From positions 3,720,001-3,784,000 of the forward strand of contig OZ024746.1 of assembly GCA_964016885.1 (NCBI GenBank): a stretch of DNA of 64,000 nucleotides, read 5' to 3'. Under the pieces are notes generated by a model. That model did no database searches. It saw only the letters and a program-made list of their open reading frames with translations, and was not told the origin of the DNA. The translations under genes were made by a program, and so were the position numbers. Source of the stretch: Eledone cirrhosa. Its lineage: Eukaryota. Shown piece after piece: positions 43,676 to 55,626 of the stretch (positions are counted from its first letter, which is position 1; the number at the start of each line of letters is the position of its first letter).

Positions 43676-44283
43676 AGGTCACCAGTTGGTGCTACTGGTA
43701 ACATGTATTCCAGTACAACCTGTCCCATGGTCGGGTCGTTGGCGACTAAACTGGCAACCCCACCAAGGTTTCTTGGTGAGGAGGGTGACTTTGGACATCA
43801 TGCAGGACTAAAAATAAAACCTGTCAAAGGGCAAAGGAGCTCTTAAGAGTCAATGGCCATCCAAAATCACCGGGAGAGATGACCCCTTAGCCTTTGTCAA
43901 GGCAGAATTCTAGGAGAAGGAAAACTCTGATATAACACCTGCAACCCTGATGGTATTCAATGATGTTGACTTGTTCTTCTTTTTGGTAAATATCATCTTG
44001 GTTAAGAGAGTGGGACTGGCTTTGTGCAGTGCCTTTGCTCATTATAAAAGCTTCACGGCACAGGCATTGCTTTATATCTGGAGATCTCTCTGCACTTGTC
44101 GTCACATGGTACCATGGGCCCAGCACTATGTGTCAATAATTGTCACAAGTGTAGTGTTTGTACCAGAGTTTTCAAGTCACTGGCTGGACTAAAAAGGCAC
44201 ACTTGTTCAGCGCATCGGTAGGGGTTCTCCTACATGGATATAAAGTAGTGGCCGTACTCGAAAACGAGTTGGCAGCCACCATG
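43676..44283 (+). mobile_element. (TATG)n-associated non-coding retroelement, subfamily A2, full length
   Basis: Highly similar to 39844-40414 and 57497-58067; same 5' start as the copy at 6938. Confidence 0.78.
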
Positions 44284-44399
44284 TGTGTGTGTGTGTGTGT
44301 GTGTGTAGTGACCACCGGTAATAGCAGGAACCAACCAATGAAAGGTTTTTACGTTTATCATTCACTCTCTCTGTCTCTCTAATGTGGAGAAACTCTGGA

Positions 44400-45450
44400 G
44401 AATATTGTCTCATGGTTCTAGTTGACAGAATTGAAGAGGTGTTACCCAGTCTGACAGAAGCTGCACTGAAAGAGGTACTCCAACTCGCTGGCCTCATCCT
44501 TGGGAGTACCCAACTCTGTCCCTATAGCAATGAGTGCGTAGGGTTGAGGCTCCAGGATGCTACAAGTGTCCACCGCTCAGTAAGCGACCGATACATCAAC
44601 AGATAGCGATTGTTGGGTAATGAAATCTGGGTTAGTTGCCAACTGCACAGGGTCACTACTGGAGAAACGGCTGCTGCATATCGCATCCCAGATAATTTGT
44701 TTACCACCGCAGAACGGGAATTCTTTGATCGCGTCTACCCTGTGCTGTCCCCTCGGTCTAAACCCACCGGATCACGCAGCAAGGTGAAACCCGCAGAATC
44801 CAAGCTATGCTTAATGGTTTCATTGAGAGTGGCATGCCGTGGGACGGTGGCTGGCAATGAAGTGGTACGTTAGTGGATGAAGATCGAATGCATCAAACAT
44901 AGATCCGCAATGATATTTAAGTTACTTACAGATCCGGAAGCCGAGCCTCACATAAACCGAGACAATCGATATTCACCTGGGTACTAGTTGACTCGCGAGG
45001 GTACGGTGTTCTGTCCGGCACCGCTATGAAGTTATAAGGTGTAGTGGAATGATGCCGGACGCTGCTGGTCAAGCCGATTCACAAGGCCGTGCGAAGCTTT
45101 GTTGCACTATATTGTGTCCAATTTGTGTTGGAGGGAGTGAACATCCACAGAACGGATAGCAAGTGCGGTCCAGGTTTAGTAGGTCACTTGGAATTCCTTG
45201 AGGTGTTGTGGAAACACTTTTTGATAAGGGCATAACAAAAAGTCAGCGATGAAAGAAAGGCCAGCATTGCCAATGAAACTGGAGACCGAAGACCAAAGTC
45301 ATGATGTCATTTGAAATGTAAGGTAGCCTGTTACTATACGGTGTCATCAAACTGGACATTCCATATCTCATATGTGAGAGATTGACATTTGTGAAATACG
45401 ACGCTTGACGGTAACAGGGTCACTGCGAGCGGTACACAAAAGCTGGTGAA
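44400..45450 (-). mobile_element. Decayed CRE-like non-LTR retrotransposon C-terminus (RLE region)
   Basis: RHATLNETIKHSLDSAGFTLLRDPVGLDRGD, FPFCGGKQIIWDA, YLFQ...GNTSSIL across frameshifts; locally GC-richer. Confidence 0.68.
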
Positions 45451-46399
45451 GCTGTCCCTTAGCAGGAAGAGATCCGGTGGTGAAGCTCTCCCTTAGCAGG
45501 AATAAATCCGGTGGTGAAGCTGTCCCTTAGCAGGAAGAGATCCGATGCACGTCATTTCAGATGTAATCTGCTGACGAGTTTGGAGCTGATAGGTGGGGGG
45601 AGGGTTATTGGTCTAAAGAAGAGAACATCTTCCCTCGGTGTCACCTAGACTTAGGGGTGGGGGCATACCAAACATACGTCCAAGAGGTTTTGAAGTGGCT
45701 TAAACTGGAAATTGCAGATAAAAATAAACACATGGCTCGAACCTATATTTCTGTCACTGTTCAGCGAGAGTTAACCACTACTCTACATTTCTCGTACTCA
45801 CCTGTTACGGGGATACAGTAATTCGTGTTAGCACATGACTTCAATACTGGAATGTTCATGTGATCAAATCTTTAGTATATTATATACAACAATAATATAT
45901 AAATTACAATATACAATTATAATTGAATCATTTAAAGCAACGCAGAAAAGAATGCTTTTTGCGTCGTTTTAAGTTGTGTTTTAAATATTAATGTGTTCAC
46001 AAGACTTTATAATGTTGAAATGAACTGAATATTTTCTGGCAGCCATGAATATTGTTTACTGGCGTCATTGTTTGTCGCTATTTCGATGATGTTTAATGTA
46101 GTTTAGGATTGCTATTGTTGTTGTAGTTATCTATTTGATGTTGCTGTTGTTATTGTAAAATGTGCAATGATATTGATACAAGACCATTATTGATACCTTA
46201 TATAATACACTATTGTACCTTTCCTGTCCCCTTTCCTTAGAAAATCTGAGGGGTAGTGATAGAATTTATTGACATGACCCACGCAGAATGAAAAACAATG
46301 TTAATCCAGAGCGAGATTTGAACGACACACTAGATTTATGTAACGACATTGAAGGGGGATGAAACGGCATGGTTGATTGAATGTTTAAATATTTGCATG

Positions 46400-46645
46400 A
46401 GGTAAGGGTAAAGGGTAAAGACCCCCTTCGGTCACCAATGACCATGGGATTTGCATCTAGAAAATTTCCCTTCTGTGACTAAAGCTTGGGCAAGCTGTGT
46501 GGTAAACCAGCAGTCGTCCATACATACCAGTCTTCTCTCTCTACGTCATCGATGTTGTCCAAGAGAAAAGTAATGGCCGATACAACTTGGCACTAGTGAT
46601 GTCACAACTTATTTCTACAGTTGAGTAAACTGGAGCAACGTGAAA
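46400..46645 (-). mobile_element. 5'-truncated CORE-like SINE with (TTTACC)-like tail
   Basis: Reverse complement of cttgagcaagacattttatttcacgttgctccag; tail tttaccctttaccc. Confidence 0.6.
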
Positions 46646-49444
46646 TAAAATGTCTTGCTCAAGTTATTGAAGTTGCTGCAGCTGCTGTTTTTAGTGCTTT
46701 TTGTTGTTGTCGTTGCTGTTATTGTTGTTCATTATCTCTAATTCAACCTTGATCGAGGAGACCAATGACCAAAGACATTCTAACTATGAGCACCCCATTA
46801 CTTCTATCTTGACATAATTTTATATGACATTGTCTTTTCCTATACTATAGCCTCAAGTCAAGACATTTTGTGTAAAATTAGAGTGATGTAAACTATGGAA
46901 GCCAATAGAAGGGATCGCTTTAGTTTTGAGGTACTAGATTTAATTGGTCGCTCGTTTTAACACTCTAGCTGACACGTGTACATATTTTGCGGGGTCCACA
47001 TTGTAGCAGCTCTACGGACCATAATACCTTTCTTCCTTCCTTCCTGTCACCAGTCTCCGTGGTTGGGAAAAAACGTGAAAAGCAGGACTAAGACATAAAA
47101 ATATCCAATACATTAGTTTCCTCTTCTCTTGATTTCAACTATTTTACATTTCAGAGAAATACCCGCCCCCTCCAATTCAAAGGATTAATACTTTCATTTA
47201 AATTAAATCTGCTTCCTTACGCCTCTCCGTTAAAATTTGTTAAAGAAAAGCATTTTTCTCTTCCCTTCACCATCTCTGGTGGGTTTCTTTGATAATAAAA
47301 ATGGAAATACCGCTTTTGCAGTCCTTTCAGTCTCACCCATTATTTAACCCCACCCACAGTAGATGATAACTACTTAAATCATCTCCCGAGAGAAAACATT
47401 CGAGGACATTGAAAGAATCTCTGAACCATGGTTTCATCTTTTTTTCATACATCTTGCTTATATCCGAATTGTAATTTCAAACATCATTTCGAATCAAATA
47501 CTATCTACAAAAGCACATATAGATTAAGAACTTTTGGAAATTGCTTATGAACCCCAATCTTAAAGTTTTTCTATTGCTATTGACGACGGGAATATTATGC
47601 ACATTAAGAATGCTGTTGGTTTGCTATCAGTGGCCGAGCATGTCAGCCAAGACAAGATGAAACAAGTTATCTTGAAAGAGAGATCAGAAAGCCGACCAGT
47701 TAATATCGATAACTTTCCACCTGCATACTACTTCCTGTTCATCTGATTCTCTAATAGACGCTTCACACGATTTCATTACTTCTGTGGAGAGTTTGGGTGA
47801 AATGCTGAAATATCTTATGTGAAGATGTTCACTGTTTCAAATCCAACTCCCCAAACAATTCTGTAGAAAGTTGCTAAGAGACCTCACACATTTGCTTGGA
47901 AATACCAAAACACATTGTATATGACTAGGTAACTTACTTTTCGTTACCTCATATTACACTCCATTTTGCATTGTTTAGCCTTCTATCTCTTTCAACGTTT
48001 CAACGTCATGTTTTTGTCACCTGGGTTAATCGAAAGTTTCGTAGCTTTCTCATTATGATACACGCTTAGACCCAATAAAGCAAACTATATATTTAGTATA
48101 GAAATGATGAAGACCCATTCTCGCTGCTGGCATGATGGCAACTATATCTTTCCTATAACAATCTTCTTGTCACATTTCTCATTATATCTCTAGTCAAATA
48201 TATTCAAACTAAAATTGCCTTACTAAAAGTAAGAAATTCGACAGTAATTTTTCTCCTTAACTGCATCCACCTTTTATAATTTATTACCCACCCAACTGTT
48301 TTCGATCAGTTTCTGGGTTAAAATTCAAGATTTGGTATTAGGCCTACCTGTCCACGTGATGGTGGAACTGGGCCCTAAAATCTGCTGTATTCAGACCGGG
48401 AGAGGAAATGGGCTCTGCCAGGCTAACATGCCCTAGATATACTGTATGTAAAGTCGATGCCCTTCAACCCCACCAGGAATTACGGGACCAATCATACATA
48501 TATACAATACAGAGGTACATCAACCGACTAACATATTATAGATATCTGTATTGTAGCGACTATATTTTAAAATATACATGTATCTTTCTTTTGTATTTCT
48601 CTTCTAATCATTACTAACTTTCGAAAATCAGACTGAGGATTTGTGAAGATTTTATCTTCCAGTGAATATAATATAACCATAGTTACTAGACTGAGTACAT
48701 CACTTTGCTACTCTGAGTTGAGTTATACACATACATTATCACATGCACATGCAGACACACACATACACATACACATACACATACACGCACACACACGCAC
48801 ACATAATAGCGTTTGAAGCTGGAAATTATCGGCAATTTTGAAATAGTGATGTAACAATTAAGTTTTACCTGGAATACCTGAACCTAGCAGTCGAAGGGCT
48901 CACAGTTCATATTCTGACACAGGGACTGCATCCTTTTATGTTCAACGTCATTGACTATCACTCGCATAGTCAACCTAACTATAAGAAGGTTCTCTAGTTA
49001 TGTATGTATGGACCCGCAACTCCTCGACATACGACATTTCTAAGGTATTTTAAAACCTGGCGGAGCCCGTCTCCTCTCCACTTCTAGATACAGCAGATTT
49101 CTTCCAGGTAAGGATAGAGATTGAGAGAATAGAAGTGAGAAAGAGATATAGAGGAAGAATTGACTCCAGTACTTGATTGGTTCTTTTTTTATCGACCTTG
49201 AGTGAATGAAAGGCAAAGTTAAACCCGGTGTGATTTGAACTGAGAAAATTCAGAGAGTTAGAACAAATACTGCAAAGCATTCTCTCTGACGTTCTAAAAA
49301 AAATTACCACCTTTTGAGGGTTTAGTTAGGTACAACCTACTTAAAACAGTAACGAGAACACTGGTAAATAATTGCTGGTGTGTTTTCTTTTACCTAAAAG
49401 CGAGAGGAGGAATTTAGAAGTTTTTCTATTCATCCCTTTCCAAA

Positions 49445-49486
<42 letters not shown>

Positions 49487-50062
49487 TTGCGAGGTTTTTT
49501 ATATGAAATCGTGTGTCGAAACAGATATTGTTATATTTGGGGAGGGTCATATTTGCGTAATATTGCCAGAATTAATAACAGAACACACTCACTGTTTGGT
49601 TGGTTTTCGCTTCTCGCTGTCTTTTATATATATATATCTGCGATCTAACTTACTCGGTCCTCAATGTTGCCATTGACTGACCGGCGGTCAAAAATAATAC
49701 AGATACAATATAGACAAACACATATATATATAGTTTACATAATTTACATAAATCTTTCGTTGCACATCTGCAACATCGTCAGTGGTGTTATATTCATTGT
49801 TCCTCCTGTTGTGTTGTATGTCTACGCCATTTTTTTTTTTTGTTCAGTCTGTCTATATATTTATTTATTTATTTGCTTGTTTGTTTATCTTATTTTATTT
49901 TGTCTTCTTTGCGCATGCGTTTGCGTGTGTGTATAGTGTTATGTGTGATGTGTGACTAGTGTGTATAGTGTTGTGTCTGCTGGGTGACTAGTGTGTGTTT
50001 ATGTGCTTGTGTATGTATTTATTTATCTTATTTTATTTATTTTATTTAATTTACTTATTTAT

Positions 50063-50408
50063 TTATACTTCTCTTAGGTCAGTGTTGTTTGTTTGGGTGT
50101 TGTTGTTGTTCCACTCATTCTTTCTGTTTAGCTTTGGTCTTCTAATTTCTATTTCACTGGCCTCTCTGATTTGCCTATCTGCTGGGTCATTCCTATGTTT
50201 AGATATTATTCTAATTTCTATGTTGTCTATGTTACCGTCATGTTGTTGTCTAGCATGTTCGTATAGTACTGACCCGTTTTTTCGTCCTTTTAGTTCCCCC
50301 CAGTGTTGGTCTATCCTTTCACCTATGCTACGAGCTGTCTCACCTATGTATGTTGTTGTCGTGTTTCTGCAAGTACCCTCTGTACATCTTATGCTATAGA
50401 CTACGTTT
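50063..50408 (-). pseudogene. PLE GIY-YIG endonuclease of the main copy, cut off from the RT by a 7-bp duplication
   Basis: Reverse complement of 51519-51879. The main copy reads ctagaaa-ctagaaa (stop after KTRN), whereas the inverted copy reads KTRNVVY. Confidence 0.85.
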
Positions 50409-51517
50409 CTAGTTTCTAGTTTTACAGTTTATCCGGGGGTTCACCTTACATATGATACATTTCCTATTGGTACAGTGGGTTTTCTTAAAAGGGTAGGTTT
50501 TGCTGATCAGGGATTTTATGGTGGTTCCTGGCTTTTCTACCACCTTTATTTTTAAGTGGGTCTTTCTCAGGGCCTTTCTACACTGGTTAGCTAATTTCCC
50601 TCCAGGGGTGGCGTCCACAAACATGACACTCTGATATCTCTGGTTGTCGTACCATGATGTGGCCTTCCCTATCTTATGTCTAGCCCTATCTAAGCTATTC
50701 CATGATTTTCTCCTGTATAGTGGGCAAATTCCTTTCATGTCCAGTTCTATGAGGGTCTTATACTTTTCCATGGCTCCTTCGTATACTCTGACTCTGTCTC
50801 TTTGGTTGTAGCCAGAGAACTGCATGCGGTTGATGAAGTGTTGGATGTGTCCTTCCATTTCTGTTGGGTCGCACATGCTGGACACATTCTTCATCACTCG
50901 TACCAAATCTGCGATCAGAATATTAAACTTAGCACTACTGGACATTGCTGAGTTTTTGAGTATCAGGTATTTGGAGGCCATGGGTTTAGCATAGTGTGAG
51001 TGGAGAATTTGGGCTCTCTCGTCTATAGTGTTAATCCAGAGTTCTGTGTCTAATACAGGTAGTCTATTGTTAGGGTGTTTGGAAGGGAAGTCTATAGTTA
51101 CAGTTATACTCTGGTGTATGGAATTAGCTATCTGCTGGATGCTTTCCATCGTGCTACGTTCTAAATCAAACTTGTTAGTGCTCTCTAGTCGGGGTGTTCT
51201 TATAACTATATTGATATCGTCTACATAACGAGAGTACATGATGAGGTCTATGGAGCTTTCATTAAGGAGGAGATCTTTAAGTCTCCTTTCCCACCATACC
51301 ATGAAAAGGTTGGCAACATCACCAGCTATGCTGACGCCGATGGCTGCTCCCTCATTTTGGGTGTAGATTTTCTCATTGAACTTAAATATGTGGCCCTTTA
51401 GGGTAGTTTTGATACTAGCCCCTATTGCATGTGCGACCATTTTTCTTACCTGATCAGTGTTTTGGGGGGTCCGTATAGCTTTGGTCCACCCAATCCACCT
51501 TCCTATGGGAGTCTTTT
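50409..51517 (-). pseudogene. PLE reverse transcriptase (C-terminal part, thumb and Cys-rich linker), 5'-truncated
   Basis: YTQNEGAAIG..AGDVANLFM (motif B'), YSRYVDDI (motif C), LPVLDTEL, HYAKPM, FSGY, then CTNRKCIIC..NCKTRN linker. The frame stays open upstream of the Met to the inversion junction at ~51517. Confidence 0.92.
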
Positions 51518-51518
51518 T

Positions 51519-51879
51519 AAACTGTAAAACTAGAAACGTAGTCTATAGCATAAGATGTACAGAGGGTACTTGCAGAAACACGACAACAACATACATAGGT
51601 GAGACAGCTCGTAGCATAGGTGAAAGGATAGACCAACACTGGGGGGAACTAAAAGGACGAAAAAACGGGTCAGTACTATACGAACATGCTAGACAACAAC
51701 ATGACGGTAACATAGACAACATAGAAATTAGAATAATATCTAAACATAGGAATGACCCAGCAGATAGGCAAATCAGAGAGGCCAGTGAAATAGAAATTAG
51801 AAGACCAAAGCTAAACAGAAAGAATGAGTGGAACAACAACAACACCCAAACAAACAACACTGACCTAAGAGAAGTATAA
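51519..51879 (+). pseudogene. PLE GIY-YIG endonuclease domain in the inverted pseudo-LTR (open frame, no native start)
   Basis: NVVYSIRC..C...YIGETARSIGERIDQH...HARQQH...RQIREASEI...PKLN. Confidence 0.88.
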
Positions 51880-52156
51880 ATAAATAAGTAAATTAAATAA
51901 AATAAATAAAATAAGATAAATAAATACATACACAAGCACATAAACACACACTAGTCACCCAGCAGACACAACACTATACACACTAGTCACACATCACACA
52001 TAACACTATACACACACGCAAACGCATGCGCAAAGAAGACAAAATAAAATAAGATAAACAAACAAGCAAATAAATAAATAAATATATAGACAGACTGAAC
52101 AAAAAAAAAAATGGCGTAGACATACAACACAACAGGAGGAACAATGAATATAACAC

Positions 52157-52194
52157 CACTGACGATGTTGCAGATGTGCAACGAAAGATTTATG
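52157..52194 (+). ncRNA. Hammerhead-like core in PLE pLTR (mirror copy at 49747-49784, minus)
   Basis: CTGACGA-t-GTTGCA-gatg-TGCAAC-GAAA-gattta. Stem II is strong; stems I and III are weak. Confidence 0.5.
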
Positions 52195-52412
52195 TAAATT
52201 ATGTAAACTATATATATATGTGTTTGTCTATATTGTATCTGTATTATTTTTGACCGCCGGTCAGTCAATGGCAACATTGAGGACCGAGTAAGTTAGATCG
52301 CAGATATATATATATATATAAAAGACAGCGAGAAGCGAAAACCAACCAAACAGTGAGTGTGTTCTGTTATTAATTCTGGCAATATTACGCAAATATGACC
52401 CTCCCCAAATAT

Positions 52413-52470
<58 letters not shown>

Positions 52471-52619
52471 CCAGAAATATCAGAAAGTACTTGTTTAAAT
52501 GTGGATTATTTAACTTCTTGCACTAAGTTGTTATTGCTTTTTTTTAGATACAGTCTTGGCATTTTTATGTTTGAACATCAGAGACTCAGAATCTTCTACA
52601 TTATTTCTGTATATATAAG

Positions 52620-52810
52620 GGTGGTGGATTGGCAGTTTCGGTAGAGGGTCGGACGCCATGCTTTCCAGCATAGTTACGTCCCTTTACGATCTGAGTTCAA
52701 ATCCCACCGAGGTTGACTTTGCCTTTCATCCTTACGGGGTCGATAAAATAAAGTACCAGTATTGCACTGGGTAATTGCTGGCCTTGTGCCTAAAGTAGAA
52801 ACAATTATTT
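52620..52810 (+). mobile_element. Meta-like SINE
   Basis: Same consensus, near-identical to 10480-10665. Confidence 0.82.
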
Positions 52811-52919
52811 CTGTATATATTTATTTTAAATGAGAAATTGATAAAAGTGGGAGGTTTTACAGCTGGTTTATATTTTTCTAAATTTCTGTGCGTTTGCAAA
52901 TATAAAATGAACTGTTTTG

Positions 52920-52955
<36 letters not shown>

Positions 52956-53008
52956 CTTATATATATATATAAGAGTGGGAAATGAAATTTCGTTTCATAT
53001 TTTCCGTA

Positions 53009-53040
<32 letters not shown>

Positions 53041-53239
53041 AGTAAGTATACGTACATATATGTATACAGACGTACAGTAGTATGTATATATATACATACA
53101 TGCACACATATATATATGTACGTATGGATTTACCGAACATTTATTATAATGCTCGGTTTGTTTGTAAACAAACATCCCGAATTAAGCCATACAGTGTTTA
53201 GCAACCATCGTTGTCCTTTTGTTCAACGCTGACAAAGGA

Positions 53240-53282
53240 ACGATGTACTAGTTTCAAGCTTATTAGCTATCGTCAGCACCGT
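53240..53282 (-). ncRNA. Type I hammerhead ribozyme
   Basis: acggtg-CTGACGA-t-AGCT-aata-AGCT-t-GAA-ACTAGT-A|catcgt: 6-bp stem I, palindromic stem III, GUA site. Confidence 0.8.
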
Positions 53283-53747
53283 ATACCTTCCTGCCAGATC
53301 ATTGAACGTCTGAAAGTATATACTTTCCTTATGCATATTAACGGCTGAGCAGCCTAATTTGCATATCGAGTGAGTTAATCGGCCGGGCGCACCGAAAACG
53401 ATAAAAGGAAAAGAATGAAACGAAATTTCATTTCTCACTCTTAGTACGGCTGAAACTTAAATGTAAGTATGTATACGTACATACATATATGTATACAGAC
53501 GTACAGTAGTATGTATATATATACATACATACACACATATATATATGTACGTATGGATTTACCGAACATTTATTATAATGCTCGGTTTGTTTGTAAACAA
53601 ACAGCGCGAATTAAGCCGTACAGTGTTTAGCAACCATCGTTGCCCTTTTGATTAACTCACTCGATATGCAAATTAGGCTGCTCAGCCGTTAAAATGCATA
53701 AGGAAAGTATATACTTTCAGACGTTCAATGATCTGGCAGGAAGGTAT

Positions 53748-53790
53748 ACAGTGCTGACGATAGCTAATAAGCTTGAAACTAGTACATCGT
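53748..53790 (+). ncRNA. Type I hammerhead ribozyme (inverted copy)
   Basis: acagtg-CTGACGA-tagctaataagctt-GAAACTAGTA|catcgt, with one stem I mismatch. Confidence 0.75.
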
Positions 53791-54784
53791 TCCTTTGTCA
53801 GTGTTGAACATTTTCCTCCTTAATAAATTGAAACAAGATCATTTAAAATTTTCAGAAAACGAAACAGTGCATTGTTAGTTGCTTTCATTATCAATTAAAT
53901 ATAATTTCATTATTTAAAAACTGATATAGCTTTATTACAAGAGAAGGGAAAGTTGAAAAAAAATTACAGTTAACATATCAAGTGCCAAAATATGTAGATG
54001 GTGTACATGTAAACATGCTAAGTTCATGGGTGGAGTATATGCACAGCAGTAGTTGGTGGAGGTGCTCAACATATATAGGATAAAATCCTTTAGGAAATGC
54101 CACCATATATTATATCCGCGAACATCGCTTGGCCGATGAATCAGCACTTATAGTTCCATGGAAGATATCCAGAAAATTGCGCATCATTTTGAATGTGCAG
54201 CGATAGTATTCGTCCTTTGATACTAAATGGCGCCTGGTTCTCTGACATAAAACTGTTTATTTTAAAGAGTTTATGTATTTATCCTACCCAAGAGATCACG
54301 AATTCAGCAAGATTTCCATAAAGTTTAGTCCTCTCACAATGTTTTCAGTTTTACAAATTAATATCCCCCCCCCCCCCCCATCACACAAAATAGCTCAAGA
54401 AAGAAGTTCTATCTTTACATACTGACACAAACGAAGTGACAAATGAATGTAAATAAGCGTGCAATGGAATATTCACATATGTACATGTCTAACCCCTCTC
54501 CTCCCATACACAGGTTCATACAAGCCTCCAACTGACAGAATCGCTAAAGCATTGAACAAAGGGATTGCAATATTTATGAAGGTTTTATCTGCGCCCTGAG
54601 TTCAAGTTATACTGACGTCAACTTCACCTTTCATCATTCGGGTGGATACAATTAACCAGTCTAATTATTAGAACATCAGACGAGAGGGATTGTAGTATGT
54701 GTTCCGGCTCTTTACATTTTAAGTTTAAATTCCACTGTGGCTTAATAATCGAGTTTGTGTCAGTGTGTTAATAGAGAATAGTGG

Positions 54785-55265
54785 AGGCACGTGACCTAGT
54801 GGTAAGGGTGTGGGCTTGGGCTTGATTGCGCGTTGTGTTCTTGAGCAAAACACTTCATTTCACGTTGCTCCAGTATACTCAGCAGAAAATGAGTACCAGT
54901 AATAGCTGGGGGTTTAACCCTGCGATGAACTGGCGTCCTGTCCAGGGGGGAGCCTTGTATTCTCAGTCGCTTCATGCCACAAAACTGGGATAAGCACCGG
55001 CCTAACAAGCCTTCTGGCTTCAGACAGACTTTAATCCTGCGAGGGACTGGCGTCCTATCCAGGGAGAAGTCTTGTACTCTCAGTCGTTTCACACCATGTA
55101 ACCGAGATAAGCACCGGCCTAACAATCCTTCTGGCTTGAGACTGACTTTAATCCTGAGAGGGACTGGTGTTTGGCCATTTGGGTGTCTCGTACTCTCAAT
55201 CGCTTCATGTCTCGAAACCAGGATAATCACCGCCATAACGAGCCTTCTTTAGACTAGCGACTTAA
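54785..55265 (+). mobile_element. Same SINE family, 3' ~118-bp segment triplicated
   Basis: Homology to 2268-2550; three copies of cctgcga..gactggcgtcct...gactttaat. Confidence 0.78.
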
Positions 55266-55405
55266 TTGAGTGGTAGACTTGATACGTTGCCCCGTTTAAC
55301 ACCACTATCTCACACGTAAGTACTTTTAGCACCGGGTACCTGGTGTAAACCAGGTATCTGGTCTTGGTGGCCACGTAAATGTCAGGGACATTGATCCCTC
55401 ATTAA

Positions 55406-55626
55406 CCCTTTAGCATTTACATTACTCTATATCTACTATTATATTTTCATGGTAAAAGCTTTACCTCACATAAATATCTCACATAATATCGAATCTATGA
55501 GATTTTCATATTATTTATTTTGAGAACAATACCTTAAAATAAATATGAGCGACCAGTTATGGCCAGTTTGAACAGAAATAGGTGAGAGAATTCTGGTCGG
55601 ATACGGCCGGTTTAAATGCTAAAAGG
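55406..55626. mobile_element. piggyBac-type MITE (second copy at 29015-29234 lacks the right TIR)
   Basis: TTAA-ccctttagcattt ... aaatgctaaaagg-TTAA. Confidence 0.8.

Larger units (their letters stand above)
49483..52420 (-). mobile_element. Penelope-like element (C-terminal GIY-YIG type), 5'-truncated, with inverted pseudo-LTR and 3' tail, inserted in (TA)n
   Basis: RT and GIY-YIG motifs present. Arms 49525-50431 and 51518-52420 are near-perfect reverse complements. An extra ~42-bp tail (49483-49524) occurs only on the main copy. (TA)n on both flanks. Confidence 0.93.
52969..53810 (-). mobile_element. Non-coding hammerhead-bearing element with a 429-bp tandem unit and 5' inversion (candidate non-LTR retrozyme)
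   Basis: 53041-53221 recurs at 53464-53650 (offset 429). 53220-53380 is the reverse complement of 53650-53810. 52969-53006 is the reverse complement of 53407-53443. Confidence 0.7.

Noticed and set aside
43755-43790. GAGGAGGGT resembling a twister ribozyme 3' end
   Set aside because: The upstream conserved twister elements are absent.
51457-51518. N-terminus of the 140-aa ORF as a stand-alone nuclease gene
   Set aside because: It is antisense RT sequence fused to the GIY-YIG at the inversion junction.
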